64,000 nucleotides of DNA. Origin: Geobacteraceae bacterium (GTDB lineage Bacteria > Desulfobacterota > Desulfuromonadia > Desulfuromonadales > Geopsychrobacteraceae). Below are positions 40,038 through 48,316 of this stretch, one piece after another. Under the pieces are notes generated by a model that saw nothing but the letters and a program-made list of their open reading frames with translations, made no database searches and was not told the DNA's origin. The stretch is taken from the NCBI GenBank assembly GCA_007125165.1, contig SLDV01000075.1:25927-89926 (forward strand), written 5' to 3'. Numbering within the stretch: the first letter of the stretch is position 1; every line of letters starts with the position of its first letter. A program made the position numbers and the translations under genes.

Positions 40038-40532
40038 TTACATCGACGCCAGATAACGACCCAGACTCGACAAGCTTTTCTCACGTAACAACTGCAACTC
40101 TTCCTCACTTTTATCGGGAAGACTGACTTCCTGTTGGACTGTTACCGCCTGGGGTGGCTGAGTAATGGGAATTTTACTCCAGTAACTCTGCTTGTCTGCG
40201 GCCGAAAGCAGATGAAAATCTGTCTGGGTTAAAACAAAACCCATCGACTCGACAAACTGATAGCCCTCTTCATAAACACTGTCTGCCTGGCTGGCCGCGA
40301 CTTCTCCCTTTTCCGGCACGAAAAAAACCGTGCAGCGTGTTTCCAGTAAATAAAAGGCAACAATGACAAGGGCCTTACCGCCGCCGGTTAATTGTAGCAG
40401 ATAAGCGCGACATGGTTGCGGTGAATAACCGGAAAATGAGAGCTGTACCGCAGCAGAAGAGGAATGCAGTTTAGCTACCTTGGCAGCAGGAGCAGAAAGA
40501 AATGTCAGCTTTTTGTGTTGGGTAAAATACAT
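40038..40532 (-). CDS. Hypothetical protein
   Basis: 164 aa. No motif recognised. Tight spacing within a same-strand gene string. Confidence 0.45.
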   Translation of the reverse strand: MYFTQHKKLTFLSAPAAKVAKLHSSSAAVQLSFSGYSPQPCRAYLLQLTGGGKALVIVAFYLLETRCTVFFVPEKGEVAASQADSVYEEGYQFVESMGFVLTQTDFHLLSAADKQSYWSKIPITQPPQAVTVQQEVSLPDKSEEELQLLREKSLSSLGRYLASM

Positions 40533-40599
40533 AGGATATCCAACGAACCTTAAAAGTTTGACTCAGCATACCGCTGCAGTCGTCGTTTTCTTCAGCCTG

Positions 40600-41511
40600 T
40601 CAGTCCAGGTCAGCAAACTCAGTTAACAGCTTTATTTTTTTAAAACGATCAGATATTTCCTGATAATTAATTTCTTTCAGCCGGTCGAGGCTGAACTTTT
40701 CGACCGTGAATGAAGCCATAACGGTTCCAAATATGATCGCTTTACGTAGATTTGCCTCGCTAGAGTTTCGCGTTGCCGCGAGATAGCCAAAAAAACCACC
40801 GGCAAACGTGTCGCCTGCCCCAGTCGGGTCAAACACTTCCTCAAGCGGGTACGCCGGCGCGGAAAAGATCGAGCCCTCTCCAAACATCAAGACCCCGTAT
40901 TCACCCCGCTTAACAACCAGGGTTTTGGGTCCAAAACCACGAATGATGGCTGCAGCCTTAACCAGATTCGGCTCCTGTGCGAGCTGCCTGACTTCCGCTT
41001 CGTTAATAATGAGAATATCAACAAGCGCCAGAGTGCGCAGCAAAGCATCCTTTTTACCATCGATCCAGAAGTTCATCGTATCACAGGCAACAAGTTTGGG
41101 CGAAGAAACTTGGCTTAGCGCCTCTCGTTGTATATCCGGATCAATATTAGCAAGAAAAACGTATTCAGCCTGTCGGTAACTTTCGGGTAGTTGTGGCTTG
41201 AAAGTTTCAAATACGTTCAACTGTGTATCAAGGGTGTGCGCTTCATTGAGGTCATATTCATAGCGACCCCGCCAGCGGAAAGTTTTGCCTGGAACGCGCA
41301 TCAAACCATCGAGGTTGATGTTGCGTGTATTCAAAAAATCAACGTGTTCTTGAGGAAAGTCGTCCCCGATTACCGCCAGCAGATTCACATCGGTAAAAAA
41401 ACTGGCTGACGTGGAGAAATAACTGGCCGATCCACCGAGAATGTCTTCGACCTGACCAAAGGGGGTAGTGATGGAATCAAGAGCTACGCTGCCGACAACT
41501 AGAATACTCAC
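40600..41511 (-). CDS. PfkB-family carbohydrate/nucleoside kinase
   Basis: 303 aa. GTG start with AAGGA SD. PfkB signature DPTGAGDTFAGGF. Confidence 0.85.
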   Translation of the reverse strand: MSILVVGSVALDSITTPFGQVEDILGGSASYFSTSASFFTDVNLLAVIGDDFPQEHVDFLNTRNINLDGLMRVPGKTFRWRGRYEYDLNEAHTLDTQLNVFETFKPQLPESYRQAEYVFLANIDPDIQREALSQVSSPKLVACDTMNFWIDGKKDALLRTLALVDILIINEAEVRQLAQEPNLVKAAAIIRGFGPKTLVVKRGEYGVLMFGEGSIFSAPAYPLEEVFDPTGAGDTFAGGFFGYLAATRNSSEANLRKAIIFGTVMASFTVEKFSLDRLKEINYQEISDRFKKIKLLTEFADLD

Positions 41512-41573
41512 GTGATTAATCCTTTTAATATGTTTCTATCCGGAACTTCCGGAGGAAAACTTAATATGAAATT

Positions 41574-42458
41574 TCAGACACCCGAATCAACATATTTACC
41601 GATAATCGGCTCCAGTGCCTGCCTGGTGTCACCTGGAATCAGGCGGTGTTCCGTCATGATGGCAAACTCAAGAGCTCTAGCGCAGCTACAGCCTGCCTGC
41701 TGCCGGCGAATCTGTCCAACGGCGGTTTTGATGATGGCGCGCGCAGTCGCCACATTTTGGCGGATAATGTTCAGCACAGCCTCGACCGACACATCATCGT
41801 GCCCTTCATGCCAGCAGTCATAATCAGTTGCCAGTGCCACGGTGGCGTAACAGATTTCTGCTTCGCGCGCCAATCGCGCCTCCGGGATATTGGTCATACC
41901 GATAACATCAACACCCCAACTACGATAGGTCTTTGATTCCGCGCGGGTAGAAAAATTGGGGCCCTCAATACAGATGTAGGTCCCACCGGCATGAACGACA
42001 GCGCCGACTTCACCGGCGGCATTTTCCAGTATTGCTGCGAGATCCACACAGATCGGATCAGCAAACTGGACATGGCCGGCGATGCCCTGTCCAAAAAAAG
42101 TTGAAGCGCGCTTACCCTGAGTACGATCAAAAAACTGATCAGGGATCACAATATGGCCGGGGACGATATGCTCTTTCATACTGCCGACGGCTGAGACTGA
42201 AATAATCCGCGTCACTCCGAGTTTTTTCATTCCGTAAATATTAGCCCGGTAATTAACTTCAGAGGGTAAAAAGCGATGCCCTCGTCCATGACGAGGAAGA
42301 AAAACCATCTTCACTCCATCCAGGGTCCCGGTAATAAAAGAGTCTGAAGGTGCGCCGAAAGGAGTGTCCAGGGTAACCTCTTCAACCTTTTCCAACCCCT
42401 CAATTTCATAAAGACCACTTCCACCAATGACCCCGACTACTGGTGTTTCCATGAGCAT
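41574..42458 (-). CDS. mtnP: S-methyl-5'-thioadenosine phosphorylase
   Basis: [54 protein letters not shown] are typical of MTAP. Confidence 0.85.
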   Translation of the reverse strand: MLMETPVVGVIGGSGLYEIEGLEKVEEVTLDTPFGAPSDSFITGTLDGVKMVFLPRHGRGHRFLPSEVNYRANIYGMKKLGVTRIISVSAVGSMKEHIVPGHIVIPDQFFDRTQGKRASTFFGQGIAGHVQFADPICVDLAAILENAAGEVGAVVHAGGTYICIEGPNFSTRAESKTYRSWGVDVIGMTNIPEARLAREAEICYATVALATDYDCWHEGHDDVSVEAVLNIIRQNVATARAIIKTAVGQIRRQQAGCSCARALEFAIMTEHRLIPGDTRQALEPIIGKYVDSGV

Positions 42459-42479
42459 CCTCCCTGTGTATAAAAATCA

Positions 42480-43526
42480 TCATTCAGCAGCGCACTGCGC
42501 CACCTTATCCATTCTCCCTTTGAGTTGTCCACATGCAGCATCAATGTCACAGCCTTTACCAGCCCGCAGGGTCGCTACCAGACCGCGTTCCAGCAGATAT
42601 TCCTGAAATGCCCGGATGGTAGCCTCGTCAGGGGGTTCGAAATCTGCCCCCTGATGTTCGTTGAAAGCGATCAGATTCACCTTGCAGCGTACTGGATGAA
42701 GAAGCTTCACCAATTTCTTTGCCATCGCCAACGAATCGTTGACTCCCTTGATCAAGATATATTCAAAGGTTACCCGTTGCTTTGTTGCCCGAGCGAATTC
42801 GGCACAGGCCGGTATCAGTTCGGCCAGAGGATAACGTTTGTTGATCGGCATCAGACGACTGCGCACCTGATCATCGGCAGCATTGAGAGACACCGCCAGA
42901 TTGACTTTTATACGATCTTTAAGCGCCAGAATCTCCGGCACCAGGCCACATGTCGATAAGGTGACGCGGCGTGCGCCATAGCCCAGACCCTCGTCCAGGA
43001 AAATAATATTTAAGGCATCAATCACGTTGTCCAGATTATGCAACGGCTCTCCCATTCCCATCAGAACGATGTTGCCGACAGGCCCGTCCGCGAGGGCAGC
43101 ACAAACCTGATTGACAATTTCAGCGACGCTGAGGTTGCGTACCAGGCCTGTCGTTGCCGTCATGCAGAAGACACACCCCATGGCACATCCGGCCTGGGTT
43201 GAAATACACAAGGTCGCCTTCTCTTTTTCCATCGGGATACGAACGGCCTCAATTGTGGCATCATCTTCAAGCTGAAAAAGGTACTTGCGAGTACCGTCGT
43301 GGCTGCACTGTACAGTAGCCGGAGTCAATGTTGATATCCGGCAGCGCACAGACAATTCATCACGTAACGCTTTACTGACGTTCGTCATGGCAGCAAAATC
43401 AGTAACCCGTTGCTGATAGATCCATTTGATCAATTGGCGGGCACGAAATGCGGGCTGCCCCAGCTCGGCCAGATAAGCCACCAGGCCTTCATGTGTCATG
43501 TTTTTCAGATCAATTTTTTCTTCCAC
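42480..43526 (-). CDS. rlmN: 23S rRNA (adenine2503-C2)-methyltransferase, radical SAM
   Basis: FRARQLIKWIY N-terminus. CAMGCVFC (Cx3Cx2C). GMGEPLHN. C-terminal DIDAACGQL. Confidence 0.9.
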   Translation of the reverse strand: MEEKIDLKNMTHEGLVAYLAELGQPAFRARQLIKWIYQQRVTDFAAMTNVSKALRDELSVRCRISTLTPATVQCSHDGTRKYLFQLEDDATIEAVRIPMEKEKATLCISTQAGCAMGCVFCMTATTGLVRNLSVAEIVNQVCAALADGPVGNIVLMGMGEPLHNLDNVIDALNIIFLDEGLGYGARRVTLSTCGLVPEILALKDRIKVNLAVSLNAADDQVRSRLMPINKRYPLAELIPACAEFARATKQRVTFEYILIKGVNDSLAMAKKLVKLLHPVRCKVNLIAFNEHQGADFEPPDEATIRAFQEYLLERGLVATLRAGKGCDIDAACGQLKGRMDKVAQCAAE

Positions 43527-43600
43527 AAATATCCGCCAAAACGATCAATCGTCTGCTGAAGAACAACCAGAGGAGCTTTTAGCAAATGGCTCAGAGCCGT

Positions 43601-43636
43601 TAAAAATCAAGCCCTTCGGCAGTGTACCGAAGGGCT
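43601..43636 (-). terminator. Intrinsic terminator of ndk
   Basis: Minus strand 10-bp stem AGCCCUUCGG/CCGAAGGGCU followed by UGAUUUUUA. Confidence 0.8.
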
Positions 43637-43669
43637 CTGAGATAAACAAGCATTATGCTAATGAAACCG

Positions 43670-44083
43670 CTAGAGCAATTCCAGACCGCTAAAGAAGTAA
43701 CCCAGCTCAAAAGCTGCTGTATCAGGAGCATCGGAGCCATGTGTAGCATTTTCGCCGATGGAAGCGCCAAACTGCTTGCGCAGAGTACCTTCAGCAGCTT
43801 CGGCGGGATTGGTCGCGCCCATCAGATCACGCCATTTGCGGATAGCATTTTCCGCTTCCAGGGCCATGACTACACAGGGACCACTACTCATGAAATCAGT
43901 CAGTTCGCCAAAGAAAGGACGTTCACGATGGACGGCGTAAAAACCTTCAGCTTCAACTTTGCTCATGTAGAGTTTTTTCAGGCCGACCACCTTGAAACCT
44001 TCAGTATAAATACGGGCCAGAATCTCTCCTGCATGCCCGGCAGCAAAAGCATCGGGCTTGATGATAGCAAATGTTCTTTCCAT
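43670..44083 (-). CDS. ndk: Nucleoside-diphosphate kinase
   Basis: 137 aa. [19 protein letters not shown] active-site His region. Confidence 0.95.
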   Translation of the reverse strand: MERTFAIIKPDAFAAGHAGEILARIYTEGFKVVGLKKLYMSKVEAEGFYAVHRERPFFGELTDFMSSGPCVVMALEAENAIRKWRDLMGATNPAEAAEGTLRKQFGASIGENATHGSDAPDTAAFELGYFFSGLELL

Positions 44084-44144
44084 TCTTCATTCCTCCTGGT
44101 AGTGGTACGCGCTAACGCGTTACCGGTTAATTTAATAGATTCGA

Positions 44145-44741
44145 TCAGGGCTGTATTAGCTCCTCAATCAACGGCAATAATTGTTTCAATGCCCGACCTC
44201 TGTGACTGATTCGATTCTTCGTCTCGGCCGGTAACTCGGCCATGGTTTTACCATACTCAGGCACCAGAAACAGGGGATCATAACCAAAACCATTGGTTCC
44301 CCGTTCCTCATCGATAATAAAACCATCGACCTGCCCTTCTACTGTATAGCAGCGTCCGTCCGGCCAGGCCAGGGCAATACAGCAGTGAAAACGGGCCCGG
44401 CGGCGGGTCAGGGGAATCTGTCGCAACTCCTTGATCAGTCGCGCGTTATTGGCTCTATCATCAGCATTTTCACCAGCATAACGAGCTGAAATGACTCCGG
44501 GAGCACCATCAAGGGCATCAACGCACAGACCACTGTCATCCGCCAGGGTCAAAAAGCCGCAAAAACGCGCCAGGGACAACGCCTTTTTCATGGCGTTGTC
44601 CTTGAACGTCTTTCCATCCTCTTCAACTGCAGGCGGGTGATCAAGCTGCTCCAGCCCCAGCACCTCTAGATCAAGTGGACCCAGCAATTGCCTTAATTCA
44701 AGCAACTTGCCCTGGTTTGTTGTCGCCACCAGCAATTTCAT
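44145..44741 (-). CDS. rdgB: dITP/XTP pyrophosphatase (RdgB/HAM1)
   Basis: LLVATTNQGKLLE..EDGKTFKDNA..FGYDPLF..ISHRGRA. Confidence 0.9.
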   Translation of the reverse strand: MKLLVATTNQGKLLELRQLLGPLDLEVLGLEQLDHPPAVEEDGKTFKDNAMKKALSLARFCGFLTLADDSGLCVDALDGAPGVISARYAGENADDRANNARLIKELRQIPLTRRRARFHCCIALAWPDGRCYTVEGQVDGFIIDEERGTNGFGYDPLFLVPEYGKTMAELPAETKNRISHRGRALKQLLPLIEELIQP

Positions 44742-44743
44742 TG

Positions 44744-45481
44744 TTATTCACCGGCCAGCACCAGGTGCTGTAACTGTTTCAATTCATCACAGCCGACAAG
44801 AGCCAGATCACGCATGGCGTCAAGTTCAGAAACAGTGAAAGGTTCGTCTTCCGCCGTACCCTGGACCTCAACAAAACGCCCGGAACCGGTCACAACAAAA
44901 TTCATATCGACGGCGGCAGCAGCATCTTCTTCGTAATTAAGATCAAGCACAGGACAGCTTCTGACAATGCCGACACTCACAGCAGCAACGCTGTCAAAAA
45001 AAGGCAATTTCTTCAGTTGGCCCTGGGCAACAAGGCCGGAAAAAGCATCATGCAAAGCGACATAGGCGCCGGTAATCGAAGCGGTACGCGTACCGCCATC
45101 GGCCTGAAGAACGTCACAGTCGATCTGTACCGTTATCTCACCCATTGCCTCCAGATCGGTAACAGCCCGCAGGGATCGCCCGATCAGACGCTGTATTTCC
45201 TGGGTTCTGCCTGACAGTTTGCCCTTGCTCGCTTCACGAATAGATCGAGTGTGAGTGGCTCGCGGCAACATGCTGTATTCTGCCGTAACCCAACCGCGCC
45301 CTTGGCCACGCATAAAAGGAGGAACACGCTGCTCAACCGAAGCGTTGCACAATACCCGGGTTTCACCGAAGCTGACCAGAACGGAGCCCTCGGCGTAACG
45401 GGTAAACCCACGCTGAAAACTGATCTGGCGAAGTTGTTCAGGACTGCGTCCGTCGTTACGACGGCTGGCAAGGTTTGTCAT
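44744..45481 (-). CDS. rph: Ribonuclease PH
   Basis: [71 protein letters not shown]. Confidence 0.95.
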   Translation of the reverse strand: MTNLASRRNDGRSPEQLRQISFQRGFTRYAEGSVLVSFGETRVLCNASVEQRVPPFMRGQGRGWVTAEYSMLPRATHTRSIREASKGKLSGRTQEIQRLIGRSLRAVTDLEAMGEITVQIDCDVLQADGGTRTASITGAYVALHDAFSGLVAQGQLKKLPFFDSVAAVSVGIVRSCPVLDLNYEEDAAAAVDMNFVVTGSGRFVEVQGTAEDEPFTVSELDAMRDLALVGCDELKQLQHLVLAGE

Positions 45482-46539
45482 CGACCCGTTTCCCTTGAAA
45501 GAGTAATATAATTCTGGATACCGTCAAAAATAGCCTGGACCAGACGATTTTGGTATTCTTCTTCGCGTAAAAGGCGCAACTCTTCAGAGTTGCTCAAGTA
45601 ACCAATCTCAATTTGTACCGTCGGCAGATTTCCGCGACCAAGAGAAAGACGCGAGGAGGAATAGACACCTCCGACTTTCAATTCGCTCGCCTGCATGGAC
45701 AGGGACAATTGTTCTGCCAGCATGAGGCTCCCGGAGGATGGGTTGTATGTTTCTTCATCTTCACGGACAAACAGATCGATTCCCCTGACACGATCAGAAA
45801 AGGAAGCCTGCGCGTGCACTAGTATCCACAGATCAACATCATCGCGAGAAGCAGATTCCAGACGTTGTTCCAGACTGATGTCGTAATCACCGCTGCGGCT
45901 CAGATAAACCGGTATTCCCAGCCGCATGCGCAGCGTTCTGGCAAGTCTGTCAGCTACCTCAAAGGTCAACAGCTTTTCATTATATCCATCAGGGGCGATG
46001 ACTCCGGGATCGAGTCCTCCGTGACCCGGATCAATGGCAACAGCTCTGATGGCAGGACCACGGGTACGTTCGGCACGCCGAAAAAGCCGACCGAAAAACT
46101 GTTCCAGTCCTCCACCTTCTTCCTCGACAACAGTGGAAGCATCCGGATTCAGGTTGCGGAAAAAAACCGGTTGACCGGTCAATTGTGCCAACTGGGACTG
46201 GATAAAGCTTTCGGATACGCGCAGGCGACCGTCAATAAAAACCGGTTTGTCCTGCAGCGGATAGAAGGTGTCACCAATACGCACATAGTTGCTGGCTGGT
46301 GTTAGTACAGCCCAGCCGCGACTGGTACGAATACGGTAGGTATGTTCAACAGAATCCCAGTGTCCGGTCAGACCAACGACCTTAAGCAGATCCTGGATAG
46401 CTACGTAAGAAAGGCCCTGTTGTCGATAAACATCCTCAATCAGTACCGGTTCCTGACCACGCAGTGCCACCTCGACTGCAGCGATCGCGGGGGAACAGAA
46501 GAGAACAAGAGTGCAACAAAAAATGATCAATAAACGCAT
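45478..46539 (-). CDS. N-acetylmuramoyl-L-alanine amidase (Amidase_3, AmiC-like)
   Basis: Signal peptide. C-terminal catalytic domain [25 protein letters not shown]. Confidence 0.85.
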   Translation of the reverse strand: MRLLIIFCCTLVLFCSPAIAAVEVALRGQEPVLIEDVYRQQGLSYVAIQDLLKVVGLTGHWDSVEHTYRIRTSRGWAVLTPASNYVRIGDTFYPLQDKPVFIDGRLRVSESFIQSQLAQLTGQPVFFRNLNPDASTVVEEEGGGLEQFFGRLFRRAERTRGPAIRAVAIDPGHGGLDPGVIAPDGYNEKLLTFEVADRLARTLRMRLGIPVYLSRSGDYDISLEQRLESASRDDVDLWILVHAQASFSDRVRGIDLFVREDEETYNPSSGSLMLAEQLSLSMQASELKVGGVYSSSRLSLGRGNLPTVQIEIGYLSNSEELRLLREEEYQNRLVQAIFDGIQNYITLSRETGR

Positions 46540-46563
46540 GCCAACTCCGTCAAAGCGCTAGTG

Positions 46564-46722
46564 CCCTGTCACCCATAAGATGTCGTGAGATGTTGCAGGA
46601 GTTTAGTGAGTCAACAAGGCACGACCAACGCTGCCTGGCCTTGGTAGCTAATCGGTGTTGGTCGTAACGCAGTTGACACACTAAAGAACGTGCAAGGTGC
46701 GATAGATTTATGGGCAACAGGG
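46564..46722 (-). ncRNA. Candidate ~160-nt rod-like structured RNA with central bubble (6S RNA-like, or a leader of the amidase operon)
   Basis: Nested helices: 46722-08/46578-64 (15 bp including 2 G.U on the minus strand, which are C.A on the plus strand), 46695-91/46597-93 (5 bp), 46682-72/46615-05 (10 of 11), 46665-57/46629-21 (9 of 9). A 12/14-nt bubble. The promoter sits immediately upstream. Confidence 0.45.
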
Positions 46723-46728
46723 TATGAG

Positions 46729-46757
46729 GTTATAGCCCAAGGTGCTCGACCTGTCAA
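46729..46757 (-). promoter_or_regulatory. Near-consensus sigma-70 promoter driving the structured RNA
   Basis: Minus strand TTGACA (46757-52, overlapping the upstream stop codon) -17 nt- TATAAC (46734-29). The closing helix starts ~7 nt downstream. Confidence 0.5.
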
Positions 46758-47836
46758 TCAAGGGGCGATACCAGCGGCTTGCCGGCACAGTATTCCATAC
46801 CCAGAATTTTCAGCATGCGTCTGGTCAGGTTATCTTCCAGCTTTTCCTGTGCCCTCATGTCTAGATCCACCATCCGGATTTGTCCTCCCGCCACCATGCC
46901 GTGACCACCAGCCGTTCCAAGTCCGGCCACCATATCCTGTATCACCAGACCCAGCTTGGCATCAGGGTCAAGGGAGCGCATCGACAGTATCTGGGTACCA
47001 TCAAACCAGCCCATACCCAGAACGTAATTAACCCCCTTGTGTCGGAGCAGAAAATCCGCCAACTCGGCAACAAGATCAGGATTTTCAATCTCATGCAGAT
47101 TGAACACCAGAGCGCTGCCGTAAATACGGGCACTGTCAATAGCCTTGCGAAAAGATGAAAAATAGGACGTCGACACCTGCGGGTGGACAATCTTGAACAG
47201 GATGCGATTATTAGCCAGAGGCAATAACTTCAGATAGGCTTCGCGGTCCGCCTTGGACCATTCTCGCCCTAGATCCTGGGTTTCTGATTTGATCGCATAG
47301 AACAGACATGTTGCCAGTCGGGTATTGATAGCGACACCCTGAGAAGTCAGATACTCATAGAGAATCGTCGCTGATGCGCCGTAATCTTCGCGGATATCAA
47401 CCCAGCAGACCGCGGACAGGTCTGATTTGGGACGATGATGATCAATAATGAAGTGAACCGGAAGTTCGGTCGGCCATGAATTGTTACCCGTGTTGGGTTG
47501 AGTATCAACCATACAGACAACCTGAAACTGCTTCAGATCAAGCTCAGTGATTGGAATCAGCGGAATATCAAGCTGCTCGACCATGTTCCGGTTTTCACTA
47601 CGACCGATCACACCACCATAGGCGAGAACCGCGTTCTGCCCTGTCTTGATCACCAGCAGATGGCGCAAAGCCACAGCCGCTGCAATGGAATCCGGGTCGG
47701 GGTTGTCGTGAGTAACGATCAGGACCTTACCGCGACCGCGCACCCACTCGATAACCTGACTGACCTGATCAACCCCAGAAAGTGGTGCCGGACATGCTGT
47801 TGATACAGGCTGAATCGATTTATGTTCTGGCGTCAT
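46754..47836 (-). CDS. DHH/DHHA1 phosphoesterase (NrnA-like)
   Basis: 360 aa. VTHDNPDPDSIAAA, IIDHHRP, C-terminal GGHGMVAGGQ (DHHA1 GGGH-type motif). Confidence 0.75.
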   Translation of the reverse strand: MTPEHKSIQPVSTACPAPLSGVDQVSQVIEWVRGRGKVLIVTHDNPDPDSIAAAVALRHLLVIKTGQNAVLAYGGVIGRSENRNMVEQLDIPLIPITELDLKQFQVVCMVDTQPNTGNNSWPTELPVHFIIDHHRPKSDLSAVCWVDIREDYGASATILYEYLTSQGVAINTRLATCLFYAIKSETQDLGREWSKADREAYLKLLPLANNRILFKIVHPQVSTSYFSSFRKAIDSARIYGSALVFNLHEIENPDLVAELADFLLRHKGVNYVLGMGWFDGTQILSMRSLDPDAKLGLVIQDMVAGLGTAGGHGMVAGGQIRMVDLDMRAQEKLEDNLTRRMLKILGMEYCAGKPLVSPLD

Positions 47837-48315
47837 GATAAACTACCCCTGTCGAGAAGCTTAAAAACCATATCAACTGCATCACCGGCAGATTCGACCG
47901 TGAAAGTCTTATCAATATCCGTCCAACTGTCAAGAAGAACCAGTGGTTTGCCAATTTTTCGAGCAATGGCTATCTCTGAAAGAGTTCCATATCCTCCTTC
48001 AATAGCGATCAATGCTGCACATGTCTGAACCAGAATGATATTCCGGGCGTGTCCCATAGCAGTGACAATAGGATGAGTCACATAAGGGTTCGCGCTAGCG
48101 GCAGTGGCTCCAGGCAAAATTCCAATGACTTCACCACCGGCCTCAAAGCAACCCTGTGAAGCAGCTTCCATGATTCCGCCGAGACCGCCGCAGGCCAGAA
48201 CAGCTCCACGTTCCGCGACCTGACGGCCAACCTGATAAGCATTCTTTCGGCCATCAGCGCTGGCGTCTCCGGCGCCAATCACACCAATAATCAAACGTTG
48301 CGTTCTGTTGTCCAT
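47833..48315 (-). CDS. TIGR00725/LOG-like (SLOG superfamily) protein
   Basis: 160 aa. IGVIGAGD..LACGGLGGIMEAASQG..GILPG..AIEGGYGTLSE (PGGxGTxxE-like). 4-nt overlap with the downstream DHH gene. Confidence 0.75.
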   Translation of the reverse strand: MDNRTQRLIIGVIGAGDASADGRKNAYQVGRQVAERGAVLACGGLGGIMEAASQGCFEAGGEVIGILPGATAASANPYVTHPIVTAMGHARNIILVQTCAALIAIEGGYGTLSEIAIARKIGKPLVLLDSWTDIDKTFTVESAGDAVDMVFKLLDRGSLS

Positions 48316-48316
48316 A

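Noticed and set aside
46564-46722. c-di-AMP (ydaO-type) riboswitch upstream of the amidase gene
   Set aside because: The context is attractive, with a cell-wall amidase and a DHH phosphodiesterase next door. However, I could not find the conserved cores I remember (ACGGGGA, GGGGUGAAUC, GUAGGG, CCGACAGCUAACC) on either strand. Only a weak CCGAUUAGCUACC resemblance is present.
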